NCBI GenBank assembly: GCA_951406725.2
Contig: OX597839.1
Span: 29,450,001 to 29,514,000 of the forward strand
Direction of reading: 5' to 3'
DNA from: Octopus vulgaris
Taxonomy: Eukaryota
DNA length: 64,000 bases
Of the stretch, positions 23,883 to 38,076 are shown in pieces (positions within the stretch are counted from its first letter, which is position 1; every line of letters begins with the position of its first letter). The position numbers and the translations under genes are program-made. The notes under the pieces are model-generated. The model did not search any database. It was not told the DNA's origin and saw nothing but the letters and a program-made list of their open reading frames with translations.

Positions 23883-25893
23883 ATACACGACGGTAAAAAA
23901 AAAAAAAAAACTGTGTTTATTTGAATTTTCTATAAACTGCCCGTCTGTCTGTCTATCTACAAGCACACCACACACACACCACACACACACACACACACAC
24001 CTTCGCATATATTTCAAGAATGTTTTTTTTCCCGAGCTCTCATCTCTTTTCCACTCCATTTCCTGTTTTCCTTCTCTTTCCAGTTTCTTGTGAACTTTCT
24101 TCCACAATCTGACGAAAGAAACGTGCACATACCAAATGCACGCGCACACGCACATGCACACATACACACACAGCAGATACAGATGCAGACGTTCATGCGC
24201 ACACACACACACACATACACAGCAAATATACACACACACACACACGCACGCGTGTACCAGGAGCACGCCCATACCAAACGCACTCGAACATGCACCAGTC
24301 AGACAGACATATGATACACACATACAAACAGATAGAAAGTACACATGCAGCAGCTACATACAAGTACCAGGTACACCCATCCACACATCAGGTACACACA
24401 CGCACACACACACACCAGCGAATTGATATCATTAACAAAGCGAACCTCACTTCCTAGATAGTGTCGCCAGCAACATCCTGTTCTAGCACATGGTCCCAGG
24501 AACTCAGATTAGAACAGAAATGGTATTGACTGCACCAACGTATTGATAATACCATGTGACCTGCATTGACTAACAACAGCCCAATATCCAGATGCCACTT
24601 CGGACTTGTTTCATTCGGTTCCTACATGCCTGACGAGATAGGATCGCTTGATGAGGCTGTGTGCCTGACGAGAAAAGATAGTTTGATGAGCCGCATGAGG
24701 CCGAATCAAAGTGTTACTAAATAATGAGCGCTGGATCCAAATCGACAGTATATAATTCTGGAAAGAAGCTTCCAGAAATTCCACAGCCTTCGAGTTGCAA
24801 ATTTGGCGGGAGTCTTGCATGACTCCCCTTTGATAGCTCCTGCCCTTAAACGATACACGTCAACCAATGCTGATTGGCTGCTAAATATTGACGTGAATGT
24901 TTTATTCTGCCAAAGGAATGGTCATGCCTTTTATGGACATACGAAAAGGTTATGGCTCATAGCTGAAAATCCAAGCGAGACTTTTCGAATCTGGCCTTAA
25001 TCTCGCCACAAAATCTATCTATCTATCCATCCATCCATCCATCTATCTACTCATCTCTTTCTCTATCTGTCTGTCTATCTTTCTACCTACTTACTTGCCT
25101 ACCTGTTTGTCTGTCTGTTTGTCTGTTTGCCTGTTTGCTTGGCAGTCTGTCTATCTATCTTTCTCTCTATTTACCTACATATCTATCTATCTGTCTGTCT
25201 GTCTGGTTAGCAAGCTATAAGCACGTGTGTGTGTGTGTGGTCATATGTATATTAAAGGTACACATATCCCCGTCCCCATGACTTCAGGAAAACCTCTGCC
25301 TCTCCTTCCCACCCCACCATTGTCGGAGTTCAAGAAGAAGGGGATGAAGGCCGCCCTTCCTCTTCTGACTTGAACCATAAAATAATTGTACGTACGTGCG
25401 TATAGGTATGTGCAAGTATGTATGATGAGTGTATAAGTATATATACGGATACTTGTGTCTGCGTATCAGTATGTATATATGTATGTATGTATGTATGTAT
25501 ATGTGTATGTATGTGCATATGTATGTGTGAACGCATGTATGTGTGTACGTATATGTAGGCCAGATCATGTATATATATGTCACAGTATGTAAGCATGTAT
25601 TAAATGCTTTAATCTTACGCATGTGCCTGCGCCTGCGCGAGTGTGTGTGTCACGGTGATCGTTGGTTGGTGTGAAATATAAGCAGACATGCAGACAAACA
25701 GACGGTTACAGATTTTCATACACGTATGAACACACAATCACATACACACGTTTACAGACAGATACACACACACACACACGCACGCACATAGCGGCATGCA
25801 CACATAAGTATACAAAACACACAAACCCGGTGAGAGATACGCGCACACGCTCACACATACATGTACTATTATACACTCAGACACATACATGCA

Positions 25894-25933
<40 letters not shown>

Positions 25934-26054
25934 TACACACACACATATATGTAGATACATACATACAAACATATACATAAATACATCCATGCACACATAG
26001 ATACACCCCTCACACATATGTACGTATGTATATATGTATGTGTGTGTATATATG

Positions 26055-26099
<45 letters not shown>

Positions 26100-26114
26100 A
26101 TGTATGAATATATA

Positions 26115-26163
<49 letters not shown>

Positions 26164-26195
26164 ATGTATATATATATATATACGTGTGTGTGTGT

Positions 26196-26245
<50 letters not shown>

Positions 26246-26399
26246 TTATTCATACCCCCCCACATATATATGATATAGAGATATACATATAGATATAGTG
26301 ATAGAAAGATGCGTAGGAAGGGGCGGCAAATGATAGAGAGAAGAGATCAATTTCAGAAGGAGGAATTTGACGGCATCGAAGATCTGTGGTGAGGTGAGC

Positions 26400-26825
26400 A
26401 CCGTAGGGAGTAACCGGAGTCGGGAACTGGTGCGAGATGGAGTAGAGCAGGGAGTACTTGAGAGTCGGGACCTTGACTGGGGAGGAGTACTGTAGTGAGT
26501 GACTGAGGCTAGGGAGCAGCGGTGGGGTGAATTTTGGTAGGGAGTGTTTGCTTTTAGGGAGTATTTGTTTTTAGGGAGCTGTGGTTAGGAACTGTATTGC
26601 AGGGAGTATCGGGGATTAGTTGGAGTACAACAGAGGTTACTGAGGTGTAAGGGGCAGTTCTTTGACAAAATACTGCAGTGAGTGCGTGGGAGTAGGGACT
26701 GAGCTCATGTGGAGTACTTCAGGGAGTATCTGGGGCATGGTGGAGTAAAACAGGGAGCACTGAAGAAGGGAATTCTGGTATCTAGGGTAGGGAGCTGCAG
26801 TGAGTGTCGGTGGTAGAGTATAAAG
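26400..26825. repeat. Degenerate purine-rich minisatellite with recurrent (A)GGGAG(T/C)A motif
   Basis: Motif recurs irregularly at roughly 20-40 bp intervals with strong strand bias. Confidence 0.6.
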
Positions 26826-27309
26826 CAATTTGAAGTCGATTAAGGAAGGATCTGATTAGAATGGTTGACGACCAGGAGTATAATGAAGAGGGGACGAGGG
26901 TGGGTGTGTGGGGGGAGAGCTAAGGTGTGTGTGTGGGGGGGATACTGCGGAGGGGGTCAGGAAACCAGCGCTCTTACTCACTCTCTCATTCTCTTTCATG
27001 CCTTCTCTTTCATCATTCTTCCTGCATCGCCGTCATGTTCCTCCTCCTCCTCCTCCTCATCATCATCATCATCATCACTGCCATCATCACTACCTTAGTC
27101 GTCGCCGTCGTCGTCATCATCATCATCAGCAGCAGCAACAATGACAAAAGCACCAAGCGCAACAGCGACGGCAGCAGCAGCAGCATCATCAAAGACAGCA
27201 GCAACGGCTTGTATAAGCAGTAGAAACAGCAGCAGCAGCAGGTGCAGCAGCACTAAAAAGTAACTGCAGCAGCAGCAACGTCAGCAGTATCACTAGCAGT
27301 ACGAGCTAT

Positions 27310-27340
<31 letters not shown>

Positions 27341-27809
27341 GCAGCAGCAGCAGCGGCGGCCTCAGCAGCAGCAGTAGTACTAATAAATAGCAACAAGCGA
27401 ATAGACTTGAATTGCAGCGACACCTGTGTTGTAGCAGCAGGAACCCAACGTCGGACAAAATGCCTTGCGGTATTCAATTACGGATTTTTACGTTCGGGTT
27501 TCGAACCCCGTCGAGGTCAACTTTGCCTTTCACCCTTCCATGGTCGATAAAATGATCGAGCAGTCAAGTACTGAAGTGGATGATAGCGAGTAAACTCTTG
27601 CCTTACAATTGCTGGCCTTGAGCCAAAATTTGAAAACAATATTTATTATTATCATCATTATCATTATTATTAATATTATTATTATTGCGCGAGAGAGCAG
27701 TACATGCCATCAAAGTGACACTGAGGTAAAATATACGAAACCCAGTATACCCATCATACTACCCGTCTAATAAGAAACCTGCATCACAACCATATGTGCG
27801 TGACATGAT

Positions 27810-27984
27810 GATATTATTATTATCATTATTATTATCATTATTATTATCATTATTATCATTATTATTATCATTATTATCATTATTATTATCATCATCATCA
27901 TTATTATTATCATTATTATCATTATTATTATCATCATCATCATCATTATTATTATCATTATTATCATTATTATTATCATCATCA

Positions 27985-28015
<31 letters not shown>

Positions 28016-28046
28016 CATCATCATCATCATTATTATTATTATTATT
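27810..28046. repeat. (ATT)n/(ATC)n compound microsatellite (LINE tail)
   Basis: Directly visible. Confidence 0.95.
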
Positions 28047-29100
28047 TTTATCACGTGCTTTCACTGCACTACCGAGCGCAGCTCTGTGTTCCTTGGGTAT
28101 GTGCTGTGGTTCTCTTTTTTCCTCCGTATTGAAAGTACTTTACATTGGATGTGCACGGTGCCTAGTAGTGCTAGTTTCTGTATGTTATATACATTCATAA
28201 GTCCTGGTGTTTTGGTTATGTATTCCTCTGAATGTTTTTAAATCATACCTAATGCACCTATTATTAGAGGGATTGTTCCTGTTTTTAGTTACCTCTATTT
28301 CCAGATCTTTGTATTTTGAAAGTTTCTCCATATCTTTTAGAGAAACGTTGCAATCTGTTGGTATTGATACATCGACTAGAAGGTATTACCTTTTCTCGGT
28401 GATCTCTGACAACTATATCTGGTCTATTAGCCTTGATTTTTCTATCTACGTGTATTGGCATACCCCAGAGTATAGTTGCTTTCTCATTTTCTGTGACCTT
28501 TTCTGTAGTGTGCCTTACTATCTTTTTTCTGTTGTTATTCTACAGTGTTGGCATCGCTTCCAGTGTATATAGGTCCCAACACTATGATGCCTGTGAATAT
28601 ATCCTTCTTAGCCGGCACTGGGCAGCCAGAAACAATATGATTTATTGTTTCTTCTTCATCACCACATATTCTGAAGTTATTTGTATTTCTTTTCATTACA
28701 TGTTTTTGCTGATTTCTGGTGGGAATGCTTTGCTCTTGTGCTGCAATTAAAAATCCTTCAGTCTCTGCTTTGAGTCTTGAGCTTCTCAGCCATTGTTGGG
28801 ATTTTGCTTTGTCTATTTCTTTTCTCTTCAGCTTAACTCAGTATTTTCCATGAAGGGGCTTTTCTTGTCATTGTTTTATCATGAAACGTTGCTTTTCAAG
28901 TTTTAGTTTGGATTTCAGTTGTTTTACAGCTTCTGTTATTCCTTCTTTTTCTTCATGGTTGTTAGGTACTATGACTTCTTCTTTTGTATTCCTTAAAAAC
29001 AGCATACAGGTTTTTTGTTCGTGTTTTGTGGCTTTTTGTACTAGTTTTCCTTGCTTCTGAAGTATTTCTGTAGTTCTATGGTGGTTTATGTTGTAATAGT
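28047..29100 (-). mobile_element. R4/Dong-like non-LTR retrotransposon 3' fragment
   Basis: EKPLHGKY; SQQWLRSSRLKAETEGFLIAAQEQ; RICGDEEETINHIVSGC (decayed CCHC); ATILW.MPIHVDRKIKANRPDIVVRD (PD-(D/E)xK endonuclease); (AAT)n tail. Confidence 0.88.
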
Positions 29101-29605
29101 TTTCTACGAAACCCAATATACCCATCATGACTACCCGTCTGATAAGGGTACACAAAGCACATGCATCACAAACACATGTGCACGACATGGTAATCTCATA
29201 TCAAGATAAACAGTGCATGACTTTGCAGGTGGGGCCCATTTAGAATATTCTTCAAGTCGAGAAGCCCACCCCACTCAAAAGGTCTCTGAATAAGGTTTGT
29301 TTTAAGGATGATGAACAAAACACCCATTTTTCCAGAGACGAATTATTCATATTCCAAGGAATTCCTCTCAACACATGGCTATGATGCTCCCCCACTACTT
29401 CTGCTCGTGATCAGAGATGTACATATCATCAGCCACTAAGGGACATGCTCAACTTGTTGACAAGCAAATCTGTGGTATTGAGCAGAATATTTGCTGTAGC
29501 CCATCTTTTATACCAAGACAAAACAATGTATATGATAACACTTCCAATCAGTTAAGATCAGAAGCCATGAGAGCCACTGACTGGTACTGCATCAGGGCAT
29601 CTTTT

Positions 29606-29638
<33 letters not shown>

Positions 29639-29651
29639 TATTATTATTATT

Positions 29652-29895
29652 AAGGCGGCGAGCTGGCAGAATCAACAGCGCGCTGGACGAAATGCTTAGC
29701 CGTATTTCGCCCGTCGCTACGTTTGGATTCAGATTCCACCGAGGTCGACTTTACCTTTAATTCTTTCTGAGTCGATAAAATAAGTGCCACTTGAACACTG
29801 TAATCGAAACCATTATTATTATTATTATTATTATTAACACCGGGGTCGATGTAATCGACTATTCCCACCCCCACCAAATTTAGTAAAAAAGATTA
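29652..29895 (+). mobile_element. SINE A, degenerate, with internal (TTA)n
   Basis: Head AAGGCGGCGAGCTGGCAGAATC and A body. Confidence 0.8.
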
Positions 29896-30585
29896 TTATT
29901 ATTATTATTCATTCACAAGACACTATGCGATTTGTAATGAAGCATAAATGGACTTTGTTTATTGAACGGAACATATTTGGACAGAATGTTTGCCTTCCTC
30001 AGGTTGAAAATATTAAATGAAAAATACTCAGAAATGCAGTCGTTCAACATTTCATCTTGACTGTCCTACGTTAATTTCTAAGCGAAAATACGTCATCAAT
30101 TTTCGCTGTTTCACAATTTGTTAGTTAAAACAAGAAAAGAAAAACAAAAACAAAAAAAAAGAAAAGAAGAAACAAACAATAAAAGGAGAAAATGAAACAG
30201 AGAAAGATTTGTATGATCTGACGGAAATCTGTCATTTTGCTCATCACTCCGGAGCGTGATGCTAGTAACTCACAAGTCTGTTTATGCTCATCCTTTGAGG
30301 ACTGAGAGTTCAGTGATTTAGGAATATTTTTTGAGAATCTGTATTTCCAGGTGGTCGGCGAATTTGCAGTTATTTGCAGTAACATGACCGGCAAGTTCCG
30401 TGTAAATAGCTTTGACATTATTATTCCGTGTAAATAGCGTTTTGTGCCTGACATTATACCGATGCCAGTTTAAGTTTTTTTGTTCGAGTTTTTCTGTTGT
30501 ACAACCAACATAAATCAAGTTGTGTCTGGTGCATTCAGCTGCGTACGTTCAATGAGAATCTTTGCATGTCCTACCTTCTGTATGT

Positions 30586-31178
30586 TCCTTCTCGAGCCAT
30601 GCGAGGCTCATAATGGTCGGTTTCCCGGTTTCAGTGGCGTGGAAATTCCCCACCTGGACGGGACGCCGGTCCGTCGCAGGATTATTCGTTTTTGCCAGCT
30701 GAGTGGACTGGAGCAATGTGAAATGAAGTGTTTTGTTCAAGAACACAAAGCATTACCCTGTCAAGGAATTGAAATCACAATCTAGAAGTCATGAGTGCAA
30801 CATCCTAACCATTAGCTGAGTGGACTGGAGCAAAGTGAAATGAAGTGTTTTGCTCAAGAACACAATGCACCGGCCAGTCCAGGAATTGAAACCACAATCT
30901 AGAAGTCATGAGTGCAACATCCTAACCATTAGCTGAGTGGACTGGAGCAAAGTGAAATTAAGTGTTTTGCTCAAGAACACAATGCACCGGCCAGTCCAGG
31001 AATTGAAACCACAATCTAGAAGTCATGAGTGCAACATCCTAACCATTAGCTGAGTGGACTGGAGCAAAGTGAGATGAAGTGTTTTGCTCAAGAACACAAT
31101 GCATCGTCCGGTCCAGGAATCGAAACCATAACCTTACGATCATGAGTTCAACACCCTAACCACTAATCCACGCGCCTC
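30586..31178 (-). mobile_element. SINE C (tail type C3) with a fourfold tandem of the ~117-bp head+core module
   Basis: Units start at 30697, 30813, 30931 and 31048 with agctgagtggactggagca. Confidence 0.92.
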
Positions 31179-31931
31179 CACACCTGTATAACTCGTAATT
31201 TTTCTGTTTTAATTTGCCATTGAGTTGACCCAACACATGCAGTTGCACAACGAACAGGGATTACTTCTCGTGCGACCGTTTTTTTAGGAGTACAGCGTTT
31301 GGGGATTTGATTACGATTACAAGTACTGGTCAGTAGTTGTCTCATACTTAGTTACCTCTAAAAGTCTGCTGGAGGCGGATGAGGAAGGATTTCTTTTGTA
31401 AGAACGATATTTTTGTGAAATATGCTGGCAACTAGTATGCAATACTTTAAAAATGCCAACAAAACTTCGGAGCAAGTTAATCAGTGAAGGAATTCGGTCA
31501 TAAATTTTACTTTGACTTCTGTAATTAGGCGTGAAAGTCTAACATTCATTGTTAATTTTAGCAGAGTAATTTGCGATTTCCTTCTGTCGTAATTCACTAT
31601 AATTGCATTTGACGTAATGGCGTAGAAAATCATTTGCCTGTTTCCAATAATCCCTTGTCAGTAGGCATCCGTTTTATTCTCAACACTTGAGACTTGGGAT
31701 TTGACTAATTGACATGATGTGCATGATCGGAGCGACGCTGACGATAAATGTGGGATGACGTGGATTTGCAAAATAACTGTCACTGAGCGGGTTCTGGAAA
31801 CTTAGCTTTTGTATCCCAAAATCCAACATTCACTCAACTGGCACCAACGAGGAATTAGAGAAGCATTTTGGAGGGTAAACAAACAAAGCAGTCGGCAGCC
31901 TTGATGCAGACGTTTACATAAATATTTATTT

Positions 31932-32226
31932 GAAGGCGCATGGTTAAGTAAGACCGTGAGTTCGATTCCCGGCGGCGCGATATGCCCTTGAGCCAGACAC
32001 TTATTTCACATTGCTCCAGTCCACCCAGCTGGCAAAAACGAATTGTACCCGTATTTCAAAGGGGTCAGCCTTGTCACATCCTGTGTCACGCTGAATCTCC
32101 CTACGAACTACATGAGAGGTACACATGTCTGTGGAGTGCTCAGCCACTTACACGTTAATTTCATGAGCAGGCTGTTCCATTGATCAGATCAACTGGAACA
32201 TTCATCGTCCTAACCGACGGAGTACC
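31932..32226 (+). mobile_element. SINE C (tail C2)
   Basis: Matches 13725-14026. Confidence 0.88.
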
Positions 32227-32831
32227 ATATATCTTCTTTTACGTTTTATTATACTTTATTTTAATTCATTCTGAACAAGCATTCGTGTGTTCATTTTTAC
32301 TTATTGTCAACTCCTTCTCTTCCATATTGTATTACGCCATTTACCCTTGTCTTCGTTTTCCTATAACTTTCTCCATCTCACCGTTTTACCTCTTTGTAAA
32401 TCCACTTTTTAACGTGCTTTGCTTTTCATTGTATCTCTTGGAACTTTTGTAGCGAATTGAGATTATTAGAGAGGGAGAGAGCATTTGCCCTCCGTGTTCA
32501 AGATCTTATATGGTGCATACACCCACATCAATACACATACACACACATTATTATCATTTCATTCTATGTAAATCCCCACACTTTATCCTGTCTTTGCATT
32601 ATCATCGTCATTCGTTACCTTGAAATCATCATCATCGTCGTCGTCGTTGTTGTTAATGCAGCGAACTAAAAGAATCGTCCGCACAACAGACAGAACGCAT
32701 AGCGACATTTTTTGCTTTTCAACCTTGGGCCCTATGTAACCGACTATCTTCCTCCTGCAAAATTTCAGGCCTTGTGCTTATAGAAGAAAAGATTATCATC
32801 ACCATCATCGTTAGTAATTCTTATTATTATT

Positions 32832-33258
32832 ATTGAATGAGAGAGCAGTGCATGCCATCAAAGTGACACTGGGGTAAAATATACGAAGCCCAATATACCC
32901 AGCATGACTACCCGTCTGATAAGGGTACACCAAGCACATGCATCACAACCATATGTGCGCAGCATGGTGATCTCATATCAAGATTAACAGCACATGACCT
33001 TGCAGGTGGAGGCCCAGTTAGAATTTTCTTCTGGTCGAGTAGCCCATCCCGCTCAAAAGGTCCCTGAATAAGGATTGTTTAAGGATGTTGAACGAAACAC
33101 CCATGTTCCCAAAGCTGAATTATCCAAACCTCTAAGAATTCATTTCAACACACGGCTATGATGCTTCCCCACTACTTCTGCTCGTGGTCAGAGATGTACG
33201 TATCGTCCGCCACTAAGGGACATGCTCAACTGGTTAAGGTCAAACAACTGACAAGCAA
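32832..33258 (-). mobile_element. Interspersed repeat 'D', 5'-truncated, embedded in (TAA)n; degenerate opposite-strand relative at about 47590-48130
   Basis: High similarity to 29105-29470 and 27685-27808. Confidence 0.85.
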
Positions 33259-33300
<42 letters not shown>

Positions 33301-34159
33301 GCATACTATTTCGTTCCAGTTCGTTCTCAGTATTGGTCGTCTGCTGGTTCCGAAGAAAGATTTTTATCACGTGACTATTGACTTCAAGCGATTCATTTTA
33401 ACCCTTATATATTATCGACTGCATCTAATCTTGCACTTGTCTGTCTCTTTTCGACCAGTTGCATAAAGAAGCATACATACACACATGCATGCATACATGT
33501 ACACACGCACACATACATACATACATAAATAAATACACAGCTATACACATTCATATGTATATGTCTGTGCGTGTATATATATATATGCACGTACCTACCC
33601 ATATATTAACATGCATACATTCACACATACAAACATACCTACGTACATACGTGCATACATACATACGTATTTGCTTTCATGCATACTCGCATATACAGTT
33701 GCTAATGCTCACACACACATACTTTTAACTATTATACAGTCCTATAGAAACGGCACTATGACATACAGACGTATAACACCTCATACAGAGAAAGAGGAAG
33801 AGAGAGAGAGAGAGAGATGGAGAGAGAGGGAGAGATAGAAAGAGAGGGGGAGAGAGGGAGAGTAATAGTGAGAGCAAGGGAAAGACACAGAGTTACACGC
33901 AGAGAGAATGTGACACTGAAGTATATATATATATCCCACCCTCACCTTCCGTCGCGATTATAGCATAAACTGCGCATGCGCATGCACCAATATGTATACA
34001 CACATACACACACATTCACGGGTACATGTGTCCTTACACGAACAAATTTCAAACGCATACATACAAGCATATATATATATATATATACATATGTGTATAT
34101 ATCTATATGTGATTATGTATATATATGTATATAAATGCACACATATACATACACACTTT

Positions 34160-34222
<63 letters not shown>

Positions 34223-34973
34223 CTATATACGTATGTATGTATATATATATATGCATGTATATATATGCACACATATACATACACTTATATATATATATAC
34301 ACATACATGCATGCATATATATACATGCATACATACATATATATATACATGCATACATCTACATACGTACATACACACATATACATATAGAGCCCACTGT
34401 AGAGACAGGAGGGAGGCCGTGCCGAGAATAGTATCAGGAAATAATAAGCCAATAAATAGCATGAACATGGAGGTCGGTGGTTCGTGCTCGGCCTGCGATA
34501 GAACACCTTGCTGGGTCCCATGGCCAAGGCACTGAATGTTAAACCGTCCAGTCGCCGTTGCTGTTTGTAGGGGGCCATAGGAGGGTACAGGGCAGCCGCT
34601 GCTTAGGACTGTTACTACTAAAAGCAGTGATAGTAGTAAAAATAATTCTTTCAGATTTTAGTACGAGGCCAGCAATTGTAAGGCTGGGGTTCAAATCGAT
34701 CTCATCGACCGCAGTACTTGACTGCTACCTTATTTTATCGGCTCCGAAAGGATGAAACGGAAAGTCAGCCTTGGTGGCATTTGAACGTAGAACGTAAAGA
34801 TCCGGAAAAAATGACCAAGGTGTAACGATTCTGCCGAAATTCTCCTGTTTTGGCGACTGACCCCACATAATAATGATTAAGGATCCTATCCCCAGGACAG
34901 AGTACTTTTCCTCCTGTTTCTCATTAGTAAACCGTGTGTATGTATGTGTATATTTGCATACATGTACGTAAGT

Positions 34974-35269
34974 GAAGGCGCGTGGCTTAGTGGGTCGTGA
35001 GTTCGATTTCAGGCGGCGTGCTGTGTTCTTGAGCAAGACACTTTATTCCACATTGCTCCAGTCCACTCAGCTGGCAAAAATGAGTTGTACTTGTAATTCA
35101 AGAGGGGGCCAACCTTGTCACACTCAGTGTCATGTTGAATCTCCCGGAGAACAACCTTAAGAGTACGCATGCCTGTGGAGTGCTCAGTCACGTGCACATT
35201 AATTTCACGAGCGAGCTATTCCATTGCTCAAATCAACTGGAACTCTCGTTGTCGTAACCGACTGAGTGT
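34974..35269 (+). mobile_element. SINE C (tail C2)
   Basis: Same head, core and tail as 31932. Confidence 0.88.
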
Positions 35270-35823
35270 CAGTTCACAAACACATTTATATCAACGCTTG
35301 TTCTATGTCGACTTATAATAAAAAACATTTTACGTGAAATTGAAAAATTACTCAGTACTTTTCAGTAGAGTACGTGTCTATTATACTCTTACAAGAGAGT
35401 CGTGACAGTGACTTCGAAGTTTCAGGTTGCTAGCTTATAAATATGTATGTGTGTGTGCGTGTGTGTGTATGTGTGTGTATTTCATTGTTGTTTATTTATT
35501 TGTACATTGAAGAATGAAAAGAAATAAACAGTAACAAGTCAGGATAATTTCACAATTAAAATTATGAAGTCGACGCTCAGAGAAATGCAAATAGTTGTTA
35601 AGATGCTTCGGATATTGTCCATTTTTGGAATAGAATTAGAGTGGAACGAAAGGAAGGAAAAAAACTGTTAAAGAAAGGTTATAAAGGGGATAATATTGAC
35701 GAAGGAATCACGTGGAATTGGTATATATTTACTGACCGTTGACTGACCGGAAGTTTGATGGTGGGCTTAAGAGGTGTTTTAAGACGGCGCAGCGAATGCA
35801 AGATAAGACGTTCTGTGTAGTGT

Positions 35824-35858
<35 letters not shown>

Positions 35859-36523
35859 AAAGGAAGAAAGAAGGATAGAGAGATGTGGAAGAGTGGCTTT
35901 TTGCTGTGTGTGCGTGGTTGTTTATATGTCGTGTGTTTGTGTATGTGACTACGTACGTGTGTTTTGTGCGTGGCTGTTATATGTACATGCGTGAGTGTAT
36001 GTGTTTACTTGGCACAGTCATGTGTCTGCTTGTCATTCTGTGAGTGTGTATGAGTGTGTGAGTGTACATTCTGGCCGTGAGTGTATCTGACTGCATATAA
36101 TACATACATACATACATACATACATACATACATACATACATACATACATACATACATACATACATACATCCATCCATACATACATACATCCATACATACG
36201 TACGTACGTACGTACGTACGTACGTACGTGAAAATCATTTATTATTTCCCTTTCAATAGACAGTTGTTGAAATTTTGTTTCTGCTTTATTATTATTATTA
36301 TTATTAACTAAACATCTCTCTGACTTCAGGCGATTTTGGTTTTCATCTCCCCCATGGAACCAATCTACAATGTAAACCCCGGGACTGCTCTCTCTCTCCC
36401 TATATATATTTAACGATTACATATCTCGAAGCAACAATAAGAATTAAACCTCTCTCTCACTGTCGAATGGCTGGTAGATTACCAAATATGGGATTGAGGA
36501 AAAGATAACTTTAATTCAAAGAC

Positions 36524-36947
36524 TTTTTACTCTTTTACTTGTTTCAGTCATTTTGACTGTGGTCATGCTGAAGCACCGCCTTTAGTCGAGCAAATCGACC
36601 CCAGGACTTATTCTTTGTAAGCCTAGTGCTTATCCTATCGGTCTCCTTTGCCGAATTGCTAAGTTACGGGGACGTAAACACACCAGCATCGGTTGTCAAG
36701 CGATGTTGGGGGGGGGACAAACACAGACACACACACACACACACACACATACACACACACACACACACACATATATATATTTACGACGGGCTTCTTTCAG
36801 TTTCCGTCTACCAAATCCACTCGCAAGGCTTTGGTTGGCCCGAGGCAATAGTAGAAGACACTTGCCCAAGGTGGCACACAGTGGGACTGAACCCGGAACC
36901 ATGTGGTTGGTAAGCAAGCTACTTACCACACAGCCACTCCTACACCT
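36524..36947 (-). mobile_element. SINE B, full length
   Basis: Near-identical to 10795-11215. Confidence 0.93.
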
Positions 36948-37842
36948 ATGCAGATGATATTTGTGAACGCTTCGACAAGTAACGAATGACAACTACATAT
37001 ACGTTTCTGACTAATTAGAACTTTTCAGCGACAATCTAATTATAGATTTCAACGTATTTGGCGTACTAGTAACGAGATAGTCCTTTCTTAACCATTATTT
37101 CTAATTAGATTTAACAACAAAAAAATCCCTGAAGTATTAACACTATCCCAGCCATTGTTTTTATTGTTTCTTGCCTTTTTCTCTCCCCACCCCTCGCCCA
37201 CCATCCATGTGAATGTCCTCTCCGTTAATTATATTCGATGATCTATATTTTTATCTTGGACACTTCCTTCTTCAAAACGAAGACTAATCTGTTTGATAAT
37301 TATATCACATCAACGTTCTTATTTCTTTTCACTTCATATTTATTAATTTTTTATATTTTTTACTTTTATTTTTCTATCAGCTGATTATCAAAAATAACCA
37401 ATTAATGCGCTGATCAAATTTTCCCCAAGACTTAATTACACGCCTGCTAAATTACCTGCAGACTTCATTTCCGACGGACTTTTCTGCACTCTTAGTTTTC
37501 TTCGAATTTACTCTAGAAAAACCTTTTAGTCTTTCATTCTACAAACATCCCGTGAAGGCGCGTGACCAAGTGGTTAGGGTGTTGCACTCGCAATCTTGCC
37601 GTCGTGGTTTCAGTTCGTACAAAGAACTTCATTTCACGCTACTCCAGCCCACACAATTGGCAAAACTGTTCAAGGAGAGCTGTTGTGAACTCGGTCACCT
37701 ATGCAGCATGGAAATCGGGTAACTGGCCCCTAGGGATCCTAGGACTCGAGGCGATAATACTATACTTACAATATATCTATAATCTTATATTCTAGTGAAA
37801 CCTCGTAATCCCTGGACCAGTTTTTCTTTACCAGATTTTGTC

Positions 37843-38037
37843 TTTTATCTTTTGCTTGTTGCGGTCATTAGACTGCGACCATGCTGGGGCACAGCCTTGA
37901 TGAATTTCAGACGAAGGAATCGACCCCAAGACATTCTTTTCTTAAAGCCTAGTACTTATTATCAGTCTCCTTTGCTGAACCGCTAAGTTACGGAGACGTA
38001 AACACACCAACAGCAGCTGTGAAGCGGTGGTGGAGGA

Positions 38038-38076
<39 letters not shown>

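Larger units (their letters stand above)
27685..29600 (-). mobile_element. Non-coding interspersed repeat 'D' (27685-27808 and 29105-29600) split by an R4-like LINE
   Basis: Both pieces align with the contiguous copy at 32832-33258; flanked by (TAA)n. Confidence 0.8.

Noticed and set aside
26908-27420. Poly-His/Gln/Ser/Ala ORFs suggestive of a transcription-factor exon
   Set aside because: Mixed trinucleotide repeats with stops and no flanking domain or clear splice context.
30697-31178. CRISPR-like array
   Set aside because: Units are contiguous SINE-derived repeats without unique spacers; eukaryotic context and no cas genes.
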